Below are positions 35,488 to 45,254 of a DNA stretch of 64,000 bases, one piece after another (position 1 is the stretch's first letter; each line of letters opens with the position of its first letter). The stretch is from a virus. Taxonomy: Duplodnaviria; Caudoviricetes. The DNA lies in IMG/VR virus record IMGVR_UViG_2788499831_000001, positions 25,131-89,130 of that record; one strand, 5' to 3'. The translations under genes were made by a program, and so were the position numbers. The notes beneath the pieces are model-generated. The model was not told where the DNA came from and ran no database searches. It saw only the letters and a program-made list of their open reading frames with translations.

Positions 35488-36200
35488 TAAATCAACTCCT
35501 TATAAAAGCGAAATGATATTGTGCCACTACCATTGATTCTAAGTACGTTTTCTCCTGATTTAAGTACAAAATTTTTATCTTTTGTAACACCTGCAGGTAC
35601 TGAGTATGTAACACCATCTTTAATAATTTTCATCGAATTAGAGGTTTTTATTTCAGGTACCGCGTCTGGAGTACCCACATTTAATAATGTAACTGTCAAT
35701 GCGCCCTTTACAATGAAATCAGTCGTTTGTGCCACATCTAAATCAAAGTTAAAACTATCCCATATGTCGTTACCCTCATGTAATTCAGCAATCATAAAAG
35801 GATACGCTCTGAAGGATACCGTCATTGTTCCAGTTTCCCAATCGTCTTGGAAATCTGCTGCACTTTCCACTTCAGCTAAGAAATAATAACCAGGTATCGT
35901 ATCATCATAAAGCTTTTTTCTCCCGTTAGTATTCATAAGCCAATTAATTAATTTTGTTTTTTCAATTTGCATTGCATGAGGTGTATAGTTTCCTCTTCTT
36001 AGAATATTAAATTGATATTTTAATTCTCTGGAACCGTATGTTTGCGACCCATATAGCTCACTGAAATCATACTCCACATTTGAAAAAGGAACTTGTACAA
36101 TTATCTTTTCTTTAGAAGGAAATCCAATATCCCTTTCAGCTGGCATAGTATAGCCCATGTCATTATATGAATGTTTTCCATCAAATTTAATACCGTACAT
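35487..36200 (-). CDS. Distal tail protein (Dit)
   Basis: YGIKFDGKHSY..DIGFPSK..YDFS..YG; follows TMP. Confidence 0.85.
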   Translation of the reverse strand: MYGIKFDGKHSYNDMGYTMPAERDIGFPSKEKIIVQVPFSNVEYDFSELYGSQTYGSRELKYQFNILRRGNYTPHAMQIEKTKLINWLMNTNGRKKLYDDTIPGYYFLAEVESAADFQDDWETGTMTVSFRAYPFMIAELHEGNDIWDSFNFDLDVAQTTDFIVKGALTVTLLNVGTPDAVPEIKTSNSMKIIKDGVTYSVPAGVTKDKNFVLKSGENVLRINGSGTISFRFYKELI

Positions 36201-39200
36201 CTATGCCAGCCCCCTTTCAATTCTTCTAATTCTTACGCCACCTTCATGATCTGTATAATCTCCGGTGATTTGAGCAAACGTTCTTCCATCCACTTGTAAA
36301 ATAATTGGACGGTCATTACTTTGCTGTGGCATCGTAGATGCAATTCCTTTTCCAATTGCACCAAGTGTTTTCTCATTTAAAGGTAAAACACCCTCTGGTC
36401 CAGCTTCACCTGCGCCTTGTAAATTGCCGCCGTTCATTCCAAAAATAGTTGGACGAGTGAATATACCACCTTTAGCACGCCATTCTATACCAATCCCTGA
36501 TGGATATTCAATATCTTTTCCCAAAACATTTTTATGACTAGTCTGCAGACTGAAGTGTGGCATTTTGGGCATTTCAGGTTTAGGAATTTTTAATTTGAGT
36601 CCATCAAAGAATCCCTTGATTTTATCAATAAATCCCTTCACCCCTTCAACCGCTTCCTTTATCGGATCCATAATAAATCGCTTTGCTGCATCGAATTTTT
36701 CCTTAGCTGCATTCTTAACAGCATCAAATTTTTCTTTGGCTGAATTATAGAGTTCATTGAATTTTTCTTTGGTCGAGTTATAAGCTGAAATAACCGGATC
36801 AATGATATATTTATAAACTGCCTGCCATGCCGCAAGTGTATAAGATTGGATTTTCGCCCAATTTGCTAATATCCAATTCGCTAAATCATTTAGTTTTTCT
36901 TTTGTTGCGCTCCACAATTCCTGAACTGGTTGAATGACATACTGTTTCACTAAACTCCACGCTGCAGACGTATACGACTTCACTGTTTCCCACTGTGAAT
37001 TTAACCAGGAAACTAGCTCACCAAGCTGAGATTTACACCAGTTATACGCTTCAACCATTGGATCAATAATATATTTACTAATGGCAGCCCAGGCAATTTG
37101 AGTTCCCGCTTGTATCAATAACCACCCTGCTTCTAAAACGACAGAAACCGCCGAAATAATTGGATCTAAAACTGTGAGTATTGTATTCCACGTATCTTGC
37201 CAAGCCTGAATCAATGACCCCCACAATTCAGATGCTGTTTCGACAAGTGACGACCACCAAGATGACGCTGTTTCGACAATTCCGGACCACAAATCACTAA
37301 AGAATTGACCTATTGGGTCAAAAAAGCTATGCATCATCTCAATAAATGAAGACCAGGCACCTGAGAAGTATTCAACTGTGGAAGACCATCCATCGCTACA
37401 AGCCTGAACTAAACCAGACCACAATTCACCAAACCAGGATGAGAATTGCGACCACTTTTCTGAAAGCCAATCGGTTATTTGTCCCCAGTTCTGTATTGCC
37501 CAAATAACGCCTGCTATTACAGCCGCTACTCCAGCGATAACAAGCATGACAACTCCAAGTGTTGTACCCAATACGCTAACCGACACTACAACTGCAGCAA
37601 TGATGGGTGCCAAAACACCTACTACAGCTATCAATCCAGCAAAAACATAAACAAAGTTTTGAATCGGTTCCGGTAGATTTGTAAACCACTCAATTACAGA
37701 TTTAATCCCTTCTACTAATGGCGGTAAAATATCTTTAGCTAATTCAGCGAGTTTTTTTCCAACTGGCTCTAAGGCTGCTTGTGTTTCTCTTAACGCCTTT
37801 TGAAATTGTTGACCAAGTGATTCTTCTTGAAGCTTCTTCATTTCTTCCATACGTCCGTTTACATCACCAAGACCACCATGAACATTATTTAAACTCAATA
37901 CTGCTTCTGCGCCCATGTCCTCCCATTTCGTGCCGAATAAAGCTACTCCAATTTGGTTTGCTGCTACTTTGTCATCCATCTTTTGAAGGTCACCTAACAC
38001 AGCGTTAAATACATCCGCTGCGGTTCCTTTTCCTTCGTTGAATGATTTCCATACTTTTTGTGTCTCTTCAGATAAATCACCGAATCCTTCTGACACACCT
38101 TTTGATCCATCTTGTACACGAATACCGAATTCTTTTACAAGGTCATTGATATAATCAAGATTGTACGAACCATTTTTAGTCCCATTCGCAAGGATAGTGA
38201 ACATTTCTTGAGCACTAAAACCACCTTGTTTAAATAATGGTGCATATTCCGAAAGATTATCAAATAGTTCATCAGAATAATTCAACCCTTCTTGAGCCCC
38301 TGCAGCGAGTAAATCAAATGTTTCCTGTGTTGATAAACCAAACTGCGACATTAACTGTCCTGCACCTCTCGTAGCCTCGTTTAAATCAACATCATAGACT
38401 TTAGCAAGTGTTAAAACATCTTCTGATGCCATTTGTAACTCATCGTATGGAACATCACGCATATTTTGAAAAACTTTTACAAGCGCGTTATCAACTTCCT
38501 CAAGACTTTCGCCAAATCCCTTTTTCCACACATCTTTCGAAATCTTACCGAGATTCTCTGCACCTTTTTGAGTCAATCCTAATGAAGCTTGAATCTTCCG
38601 TTGTGATCTATCAAAATCTATTGCTATACCTACGGTCGCTTTACCAAGTTCGATTAATTGTTGAGACATCCCCTGCAGCATTTGAGTGGCTTCCATCATG
38701 TTATGCAAATCTAACTTCTTACCAAGTTGCTCCATACCGTCTGCAGCTTGATCTCCACTTCTTCCTACACTTTGTAATGAATTCTCAAATTGTTTCAATG
38801 TAGTTTTAGCTTGATTTAATTTCGTTTCAAGTTGTTGCACTTCTGTGGAATTCTCGCCATACACACGCTTTGCCGCACTTAATTGTTGTTCTAAATTGTG
38901 GACAACTCTATCGGTCATTTCCATCTGCTGACGCAGTTGCTTTTGGGCTAATTCCAACTTATCCGCTTCACTGGCATTCTGCCCTAATTCAGCATTTTGA
39001 AGCTTGAATGAGCTTGTTAATCGCTTTTGTTCCGCTTCTAACTTCTTAGAATCCTCTTGCAAATCACCTAAAGTGCCACGCGCTTCTCTCGCTTCAATCG
39101 CTTGCTCTGAAAGACCTTCATTCACTCGTTTCATTGCGGTATTAAGAGTAGTTTCAGCACGCTCTGCATCAAGTAACTTACCGTACATTTTATTAAGTTG

Positions 39201-39482
39201 TTCCGCTGTCGTATTTGTATCTTTAGACATCGCTTGGTACTCGGAACGCAACATCGATGTACGCTTCTTAGCTGCTTCCATTTGAATTTCTAGCTTTTTC
39301 TTTTCAGCTGCTAATTTATCAGTTGCAGTTGCATCTTGACCCATTGCGGCAATGTGGTTCTTATATTCCTTCGCTGCATTGTTCATGACCATATTAATTT
39401 GCTTTAATGTCTGTGCATACTGAACTTGTCCATCCATCTTGAAATTAAGAACGACGTTTCTTTCTTTATTATTTCCTGCCAT
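36201..39482 (-). CDS. Tape measure protein
   Basis: 1093 aa; coiled-coil N-terminus; Trp-periodic repeats. Confidence 0.95.
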   Translation of the reverse strand: MAGNNKERNVVLNFKMDGQVQYAQTLKQINMVMNNAAKEYKNHIAAMGQDATATDKLAAEKKKLEIQMEAAKKRTSMLRSEYQAMSKDTNTTAEQLNKMYGKLLDAERAETTLNTAMKRVNEGLSEQAIEAREARGTLGDLQEDSKKLEAEQKRLTSSFKLQNAELGQNASEADKLELAQKQLRQQMEMTDRVVHNLEQQLSAAKRVYGENSTEVQQLETKLNQAKTTLKQFENSLQSVGRSGDQAADGMEQLGKKLDLHNMMEATQMLQGMSQQLIELGKATVGIAIDFDRSQRKIQASLGLTQKGAENLGKISKDVWKKGFGESLEEVDNALVKVFQNMRDVPYDELQMASEDVLTLAKVYDVDLNEATRGAGQLMSQFGLSTQETFDLLAAGAQEGLNYSDELFDNLSEYAPLFKQGGFSAQEMFTILANGTKNGSYNLDYINDLVKEFGIRVQDGSKGVSEGFGDLSEETQKVWKSFNEGKGTAADVFNAVLGDLQKMDDKVAANQIGVALFGTKWEDMGAEAVLSLNNVHGGLGDVNGRMEEMKKLQEESLGQQFQKALRETQAALEPVGKKLAELAKDILPPLVEGIKSVIEWFTNLPEPIQNFVYVFAGLIAVVGVLAPIIAAVVVSVSVLGTTLGVVMLVIAGVAAVIAGVIWAIQNWGQITDWLSEKWSQFSSWFGELWSGLVQACSDGWSSTVEYFSGAWSSFIEMMHSFFDPIGQFFSDLWSGIVETASSWWSSLVETASELWGSLIQAWQDTWNTILTVLDPIISAVSVVLEAGWLLIQAGTQIAWAAISKYIIDPMVEAYNWCKSQLGELVSWLNSQWETVKSYTSAAWSLVKQYVIQPVQELWSATKEKLNDLANWILANWAKIQSYTLAAWQAVYKYIIDPVISAYNSTKEKFNELYNSAKEKFDAVKNAAKEKFDAAKRFIMDPIKEAVEGVKGFIDKIKGFFDGLKLKIPKPEMPKMPHFSLQTSHKNVLGKDIEYPSGIGIEWRAKGGIFTRPTIFGMNGGNLQGAGEAGPEGVLPLNEKTLGAIGKGIASTMPQQSNDRPIILQVDGRTFAQITGDYTDHEGGVRIRRIERGLA

Positions 39483-39498
39483 TTTCTCACCTCATTTC

Positions 39499-40112
39499 TT
39501 AATAAAATGGAGTTTGATCTAACGTGTAGATTTGTTTTTGCTTCTTCTCAACTAACGAATCTGGACTGTTGTATCGGAGATGCATGATATATTGCTTTAG
39601 AAAATGATTAGGAGTGGTTTTCCAAAAATCATCCATGCTTAAACCAAGCAACGTATTACTGACATAAAAATAAAAATCCCAATCCAATTCGGACTGAGAT
39701 TCATTATTTTTATTCAGTATATTTTTCACTTTTTTTCTTGCTTCAGCTTCTCCATATCTTCAGCTTGAAAATCTTGATTATTAAAGATTTCAAACACCGA
39801 TTGGAATACACCAGGTAAGTCATTTAAAGGAATAGAACCTTTAACTTCCTCTAAAGTACACTCTGTTCCTCCAGTACGCATCATTGTGTAAATCAGTATA
39901 TACATCAATCGAATTTCTTTTTTCCCCATCGTAACAGTTCCCGTTTCTAACATATCATTCATTTCTTTTTGGAATTCATGATATGGTTTCCCAAATGCTT
40001 CTTCTAGATAAGGGAATGATTCAAATGTGAAAACAACTGGGATTTCTGCCTTTTGTATTTTAATTTTATTTCTATTTATATCAACGTTAACTAAATCACT
40101 TAAACGTGCCAT
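39499..40112 (-). CDS. Tail assembly chaperones gpG/gpGT with programmed -1 frameshift
   Basis: gpG 39726-40112 ends in A-AAA-AAG (39729-39735) before TGA; the -1 frame continues into 39499-39729. Confidence 0.85.
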
Positions 40113-40122
40113 AGTATCCCTC

Positions 40123-40761
40123 CTATTCTCCTGTACCTAACGTAGCTAATTGAGACTCATCGCAAATAACCTTTTTCAAGAAGTCTTCTACTTTAATACC
40201 TTTAGCATCAGCTGCACCAGTATCTAATTCAGCCATCGTAGTATCATTGAATAATAATGGATCGGCGGTAATTGTGTAAGCAATATCATCCACAGTCATC
40301 TCTTCATTTTGTGTTTTCCAAGATTCCTCTACTGGCGCCACTGTACATTTTGGATACCAACGTACAAGCTTTGTTCCATCATTTAGTGGAAATACAACGC
40401 CGACCGCAAATTTAGGATATTCTCTCGCTTTAGCTGTTTCGAAAGAAACACCTTTTGTTCTTTGTTTAGCAAAGATTTTATCCTTAACTTCGCGGTTTAA
40501 CCCAGCAAGGTTGAACGCCAATCCAAATGCTGTATTTTTTACGATGTTGATAATCTTTTTGTTAGAAGCCCATTTTGTAAAGTTTGTGGTTGTATTTGAA
40601 ATCGTTAAATCCGAAATATTTGTTTGCTTATAAATATCCTCTTCATAAGTAGGAAGTGCATCTACTGTTTCATCTCCAGCCATCATGCATAGATATAAAT
40701 CTTCAATACCAACGGTATATTGAATCTCTTTGTTTACAACTACCATTTCTATCATCCTCAC
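40123..40761 (-). CDS. Major tail protein
   Basis: Position; acidic ~210 aa; WYPKC motif. Confidence 0.85.
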   Translation of the reverse strand: MRMIEMVVVNKEIQYTVGIEDLYLCMMAGDETVDALPTYEEDIYKQTNISDLTISNTTTNFTKWASNKKIINIVKNTAFGLAFNLAGLNREVKDKIFAKQRTKGVSFETAKAREYPKFAVGVVFPLNDGTKLVRWYPKCTVAPVEESWKTQNEEMTVDDIAYTITADPLLFNDTTMAELDTGAADAKGIKVEDFLKKVICDESQLATLGTGE

Positions 40762-41147
40762 ATTCTATCTATTATTTTTTGTGCTAAGATTTCTGCTATC
40801 TTGTCACCTTCTGCATCGAAAGTATTCTGTACAAAGTGTTTTCCCTTCACACGACCTTTACCATTTACTTTTTTATGGCCATTTTCATATAGATACCAAT
40901 ACCAAGCTTCATTTTCGAATTCCACAGATACAAGATCATTTTTCACAACGACTTTCAAACTTTCTCTTAAATGTGTTTTCTTGTTCTTATTGGACAATTT
41001 AATTTTTGGTTTTAACTTGCTAATAAAGTATTCAGCTGCTTCTTCTAAAAACTGCATTTCTACTTGTTTATTAACCCTTAGCAATGTATTGATATCTTCC
41101 AAAGCATCTGCAAAACCATTATTATTAGATGCCATTATTGAATACAC
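40758..41147 (-). CDS. HK97 gp10-like tail component
   Basis: HLRESL..WYWYLYENGH..GKHFV. Confidence 0.8.
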   Translation of the reverse strand: MYSIMASNNNGFADALEDINTLLRVNKQVEMQFLEEAAEYFISKLKPKIKLSNKNKKTHLRESLKVVVKNDLVSVEFENEAWYWYLYENGHKKVNGKGRVKGKHFVQNTFDAEGDKIAEILAQKIIDRM

Positions 41148-41464
41148 CTCACATACGTTATAAACTGCGTTATGGTGTCATCATTCTCGTCATAACCCAT
41201 TCCATCAAATTGAGAATAAGAAACGCCTGCTTCGTTAAAAACAGCCTTTAACGGTTCGTAATCTTCCTCTGTACCTTTTGTGATTACTGCAATTTGATAA
41301 AGAGGCATCGATTTTAAAACTTTATTTGAAGCCCTCTTGTACTGCTCATTCACAAATTCATACACAATGTATGGATACTTAGCTTTTGAAGGAGCTTCAT
41401 CACGATATACTGGGATACCTGATTTCTTCATGATGTCTCTTAATTCTTGAAAGCTAATTTGCAT
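41135..41464 (-). CDS. Tail completion/terminator protein
   Basis: PVY..EAP...YPYIVY; position. Confidence 0.7.
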   Translation of the reverse strand: MQISFQELRDIMKKSGIPVYRDEAPSKAKYPYIVYEFVNEQYKRASNKVLKSMPLYQIAVITKGTEEDYEPLKAVFNEAGVSYSQFDGMGYDENDDTITQFITYVRCIQ

Positions 41465-41804
41465 AAGACAGTGACACCTCCATCAATCGGTCGTCTTCTT
41501 TTACATAAATTCGCTCAATGTCATAAATACGGCCAGAAACTTTTACACGATAATCTTTTTGATTGTTTTCAATCTCCCGATCAATACGAACTTCAATTTT
41601 CTTTACAATTTCATTCGTATCTTTCGTTGTAAATTTATCAGTGGCGGTAACCCCAATATTGTTATAACGAATCTTACGTTCTAATGGATACCCCATCACA
41701 ACACGATCTGTGTCTGGATCAATGGTCTCCCCTAATTTAAGTAGCTCACCCATCCATTTGAGTTTATTCGTCTGTCTCTTCAACGACATAAACCTCCTGG
41801 ACAA
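41454..41804 (-). CDS. Head-tail adaptor (head closure)
   Basis: Position; RVKVSGRIYDI. Confidence 0.75.
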   Translation of the reverse strand: MSRRFMSLKRQTNKLKWMGELLKLGETIDPDTDRVVMGYPLERKIRYNNIGVTATDKFTTKDTNEIVKKIEVRIDREIENNQKDYRVKVSGRIYDIERIYVKEDDRLMEVSLSYAN

Positions 41805-42024
41805 AGAACGGTGTTAAAGCATCAAGTGCTTGTTCTAATTCTTTTTCAGCGACCCTGTAATCATAGAAAATACCGGCTACCATAATAATTAAATACTCGG
41901 TCTGTTTGCCTGTCGCATTCTTTACGTAAGTCTTTGCTTGAGTAATATAAAAAGAGAGCATGGTTTCATCCATACCCTCTTCCCAATGAATATGAGATTT
42001 TAATTTCTCAATTAATTCATCCAT
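41764..42024 (-). CDS. Head-tail connector (gp6-like)
   Basis: LKSHIH...YITQAKTYV; follows the capsid gene. Confidence 0.8.
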   Translation of the reverse strand: MDELIEKLKSHIHWEEGMDETMLSFYITQAKTYVKNATGKQTEYLIIMVAGIFYDYRVAEKELEQALDALTPFFVQEVYVVEETDE

Positions 42025-42025
42025 A

Positions 42026-43396
42026 TTAAGCTCCAGTTGCTGCTTTTACTTCAAAACGATATACAGCTGGTTCAAATGGTGAATAGATTAATTGACCATC
42101 TAATAAGTTATAGATTTGGAAGCCAACTTTATTTGTACCAGCAAATTTTTCAATTAACTTTTGTAATTCCATCGCCCCAATAACATCTTGGATATGGAAC
42201 GCTGAAAAGTCACCAAAATATAAAACCGGAACATCTGGTTTTCCTTTTACATCAACTGCATCAGTAACTTCCACAGGATAGCTAACAAGTGTATTACCAA
42301 TACCACCCTCCACTTGTGTCATTGGACGTAGTAATGGGAAACCATCAGCTGTTTTCATTTTCTCAATTGCCGTTAAGGCTGCACGGTTAATAATAAATCG
42401 ACCTTTTTTCATTACTTCTGTAACTGGTGTATTTTTAAATTCAATTAAAGCATCATACATTTTTTGACCGGCATCAGTTGCCTTTAAATCTACAGGTACA
42501 GAAGGTGTAAACGCTACTGCTTTCTTTGCTAATGCACCAGGATTTTCATTTCCAGCATCATCGCCATTAAACATGAAATTAATTTCTTTACGTACATAAG
42601 CCTTTTTCAGCTCGTCCACAACGATTTGTTCAATTGGAGCACCTGTCATTTTTAATAATTTTTTAGTAACAGTAGCAAGTGCATCAAATTCAGCTGGATC
42701 AAGTAAAACTTCATCGAATTCAATATCTGTTGCTACAATCTCATCACTATCTCCACGTTCTTTCTTACGTACATTCGCATCTGCTTTCTTAACAAGAACA
42801 GGATATTTCATATCTCCAGCCGTTTTATGAACTGAACCGTATTTACGAAGTAAATTTTCTTCTTGAGCATAAGTAATAATTTCACTTGCAATGACTTCTG
42901 GAATAGTTACTGATCCATTCCCAGCTTCAATACCAAGTGAACGAGCTTCAGCTTCACTAATTCGACCAACTACAAAATTAGCAAACGCTGAACGAATTTC
43001 TTTTTCTTTCTTTTTAGTAGTTTTATGCCCTCGAGTAGAAAGACCTGTTGCAATAGCTGCCATTGCTGATTGACGTTGTTCTGCTGTTAAACCAGTTCTA
43101 TTTTCTCCGCCCTCAGGATTTCCAGTACGACCTTCTCCGCTTTCACCAGAACCTTCAGTACCAGATTCTCCAGCACCTTCTTCATCATCTTCGTTTCCTT
43201 CTTCACCTTCACCATCATCTTCAAGGTTTGCTAATTCATCAGCAACATCCTGTAATTGTTTATTAATTTCATCAATCTCTTCTTGAATTGCCGTTAGATC
43301 TTCAGCACGTAAGTCTGGACTTTCGATTTTTGTACGTAATTCTGTTAATCTTTCTTTATTTCGTTTTTGTAGTGCTAATAATAATTGTTTGTTCAT
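42026..43396 (-). CDS. Major capsid protein (HK97 fold)
   Basis: Delta coiled coil; G..IPE.I; YFGDFS. Confidence 0.93.
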   Translation of the reverse strand: MNKQLLLALQKRNKERLTELRTKIESPDLRAEDLTAIQEEIDEINKQLQDVADELANLEDDGEGEEGNEDDEEGAGESGTEGSGESGEGRTGNPEGGENRTGLTAEQRQSAMAAIATGLSTRGHKTTKKKEKEIRSAFANFVVGRISEAEARSLGIEAGNGSVTIPEVIASEIITYAQEENLLRKYGSVHKTAGDMKYPVLVKKADANVRKKERGDSDEIVATDIEFDEVLLDPAEFDALATVTKKLLKMTGAPIEQIVVDELKKAYVRKEINFMFNGDDAGNENPGALAKKAVAFTPSVPVDLKATDAGQKMYDALIEFKNTPVTEVMKKGRFIINRAALTAIEKMKTADGFPLLRPMTQVEGGIGNTLVSYPVEVTDAVDVKGKPDVPVLYFGDFSAFHIQDVIGAMELQKLIEKFAGTNKVGFQIYNLLDGQLIYSPFEPAVYRFEVKAATGA

Positions 43397-43397
43397 T

Positions 43398-43985
43398 TTA
43401 CTTTTCCCCCAAGATTTGATTTATTTGTTTAATCATTTTCATTCGTTGTTCTATTTCTTTGCCAATTTCTTTACTACGAACCAAAGATACTTCCGTATCG
43501 TCATAAGCTGGTATTGAAACGACCGATATTTCATAAAGTTCCACTTCTTTAATGGTCCTTAATGCTGGTTCAACATTGTAATCCCAATTTTCTTCTGTTA
43601 TCCAAAATCCAAATGAGCATTGGTTAATATCGCCTCTGGACATGCTTTCAGCTAAATCTCGACCAACAGATGTATTAGGTAATTCAATTTCGAATTTAAG
43701 CCCTTTTTCATCCTCTTCTAGTCTCAATGTACCGCTTTTTGTTCTACCCAGGACATTATCCCAGTTGTGATTGAATAACGCTCTAATATCACCATTCTCA
43801 GAAAGAGAACGAGCAAATGCACCAGGTTCAATAACCTCATCAAACCATCCACCAATAGTTGTTTTTGAATTAAACACAGCTGCATAACCAGTTATCTTCG
43901 AAGGTTGTTCTTCCGTAGCATCCCTGGTACTTAATTTAGTGATGTCAAATGTCCGTGTCTCCTTTGTCTTTGCCATCTCCATCAC
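43398..43985 (-). CDS. HK97-family prohead protease
   Basis: ITGYAAVFN..LFNH..SFGF..EISVVSIPAY. Confidence 0.93.
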   Translation of the reverse strand: MMEMAKTKETRTFDITKLSTRDATEEQPSKITGYAAVFNSKTTIGGWFDEVIEPGAFARSLSENGDIRALFNHNWDNVLGRTKSGTLRLEEDEKGLKFEIELPNTSVGRDLAESMSRGDINQCSFGFWITEENWDYNVEPALRTIKEVELYEISVVSIPAYDDTEVSLVRSKEIGKEIEQRMKMIKQINQILGEK

Positions 43986-45168
43986 CTCCCTTCAATGAAT
44001 CATCTGTAGCTTGTTTCTCACCAATTTTTGATAAGTCATTCGATATATAAATCGCTTGCGATTCAGGTGTATTTTGCATAGGGAATCCAAGCATATCCGC
44101 AACATTATCTGGCGATGTAATTCCTGTCCGGACAATGTTATAAGCAATGTTTGTTTTCATGCTATAAGTAACAAAATCAAGGATATTTATCTTGAATTTA
44201 ATACGTTTATCCGAATTTTTGCCGAAAAAAAGAAGACTCAAATGGTCTTCAAAGTTTTTCATTATTGGTCTAACTGCTTTGTTATGCAAATACATCATCG
44301 CTTGCTCAAGATCTTCCTTAATCAAAGCTGTATATGTGTCCACATTTACGCCTAAAAACTTACCTAAATCCTTTTTGTATACATTTAGATATGCTAAGGT
44401 CTTTTCATCGTCTAGCGGGCTTTTAAGCGTCTCTATTGAATATCCTTTTCCGAGTGGAATCATTTTAACTGACCTTGCATCATCGATGGATTCCAATTGA
44501 TCTAAAATCTTTTTAATTAATTTGGACTGTGCACCATTCTGTGGATTAATATGAGCATCTAACTTAAGTAAAAATGCTAGTAATCCACCTTTTTTATACT
44601 TGTCAGTTAGAGTTTTTTCAGCTGACATAACACCTTCAAGTGTATCCTTACCTAAATCAAGAATGCCTGTACCTTTTAGATGATCGGCACCAATATTCTT
44701 CACATGTCGAATCATAAACGATGGAATTTCTTCTCCATTCACTTTGAAATGTTCTATCAATTTATCATCCAATTCTGTATAAACATTAGATGCTAAATGT
44801 AACTGGTCACCATCCAACACTGGAAAGGCTTCACCTTGAAGTAAATAGGTATTAGTCATTAATTTAATGAATTCAGACTGTGTAAGATAATTGTTTGGAT
44901 TCTTTAAAACCTTAAGAACTGAATCATTTTTAATTTCCTTACCGTCTTTGTCTTCCACAATAATCTCAGCTAGCATCATTTGATTACTTATATCTTGTAG
45001 CAATTCATAAACATCACTAGATTCCAAGATATTATCATCGCCTGCATATCTACCACCATAACGAACAACGTTATTGAAAATATCTTCAAACAAACCACGC
45101 TTTTCAGCCTGTCTAATTAAAAAATTTGAAAACCTATCCCTTAAACCCAATTTCTCACCGCCTTTCAA
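43945..45168 (-). CDS. Portal protein (HK97 family)
   Basis: Between TerL and protease. Confidence 0.9.
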   Translation of the reverse strand: MKGGEKLGLRDRFSNFLIRQAEKRGLFEDIFNNVVRYGGRYAGDDNILESSDVYELLQDISNQMMLAEIIVEDKDGKEIKNDSVLKVLKNPNNYLTQSEFIKLMTNTYLLQGEAFPVLDGDQLHLASNVYTELDDKLIEHFKVNGEEIPSFMIRHVKNIGADHLKGTGILDLGKDTLEGVMSAEKTLTDKYKKGGLLAFLLKLDAHINPQNGAQSKLIKKILDQLESIDDARSVKMIPLGKGYSIETLKSPLDDEKTLAYLNVYKKDLGKFLGVNVDTYTALIKEDLEQAMMYLHNKAVRPIMKNFEDHLSLLFFGKNSDKRIKFKINILDFVTYSMKTNIAYNIVRTGITSPDNVADMLGFPMQNTPESQAIYISNDLSKIGEKQATDDSLKGGDGDGKDKGDTDI

Positions 45169-45254
45169 TTAACGAACGTTAAAAGGATCCTAAACAAGTT
45201 TTCGTTCGTATTTTAACTCCATTTTTTCTTTGGCCAAAAAATTATAGTTCGTTT

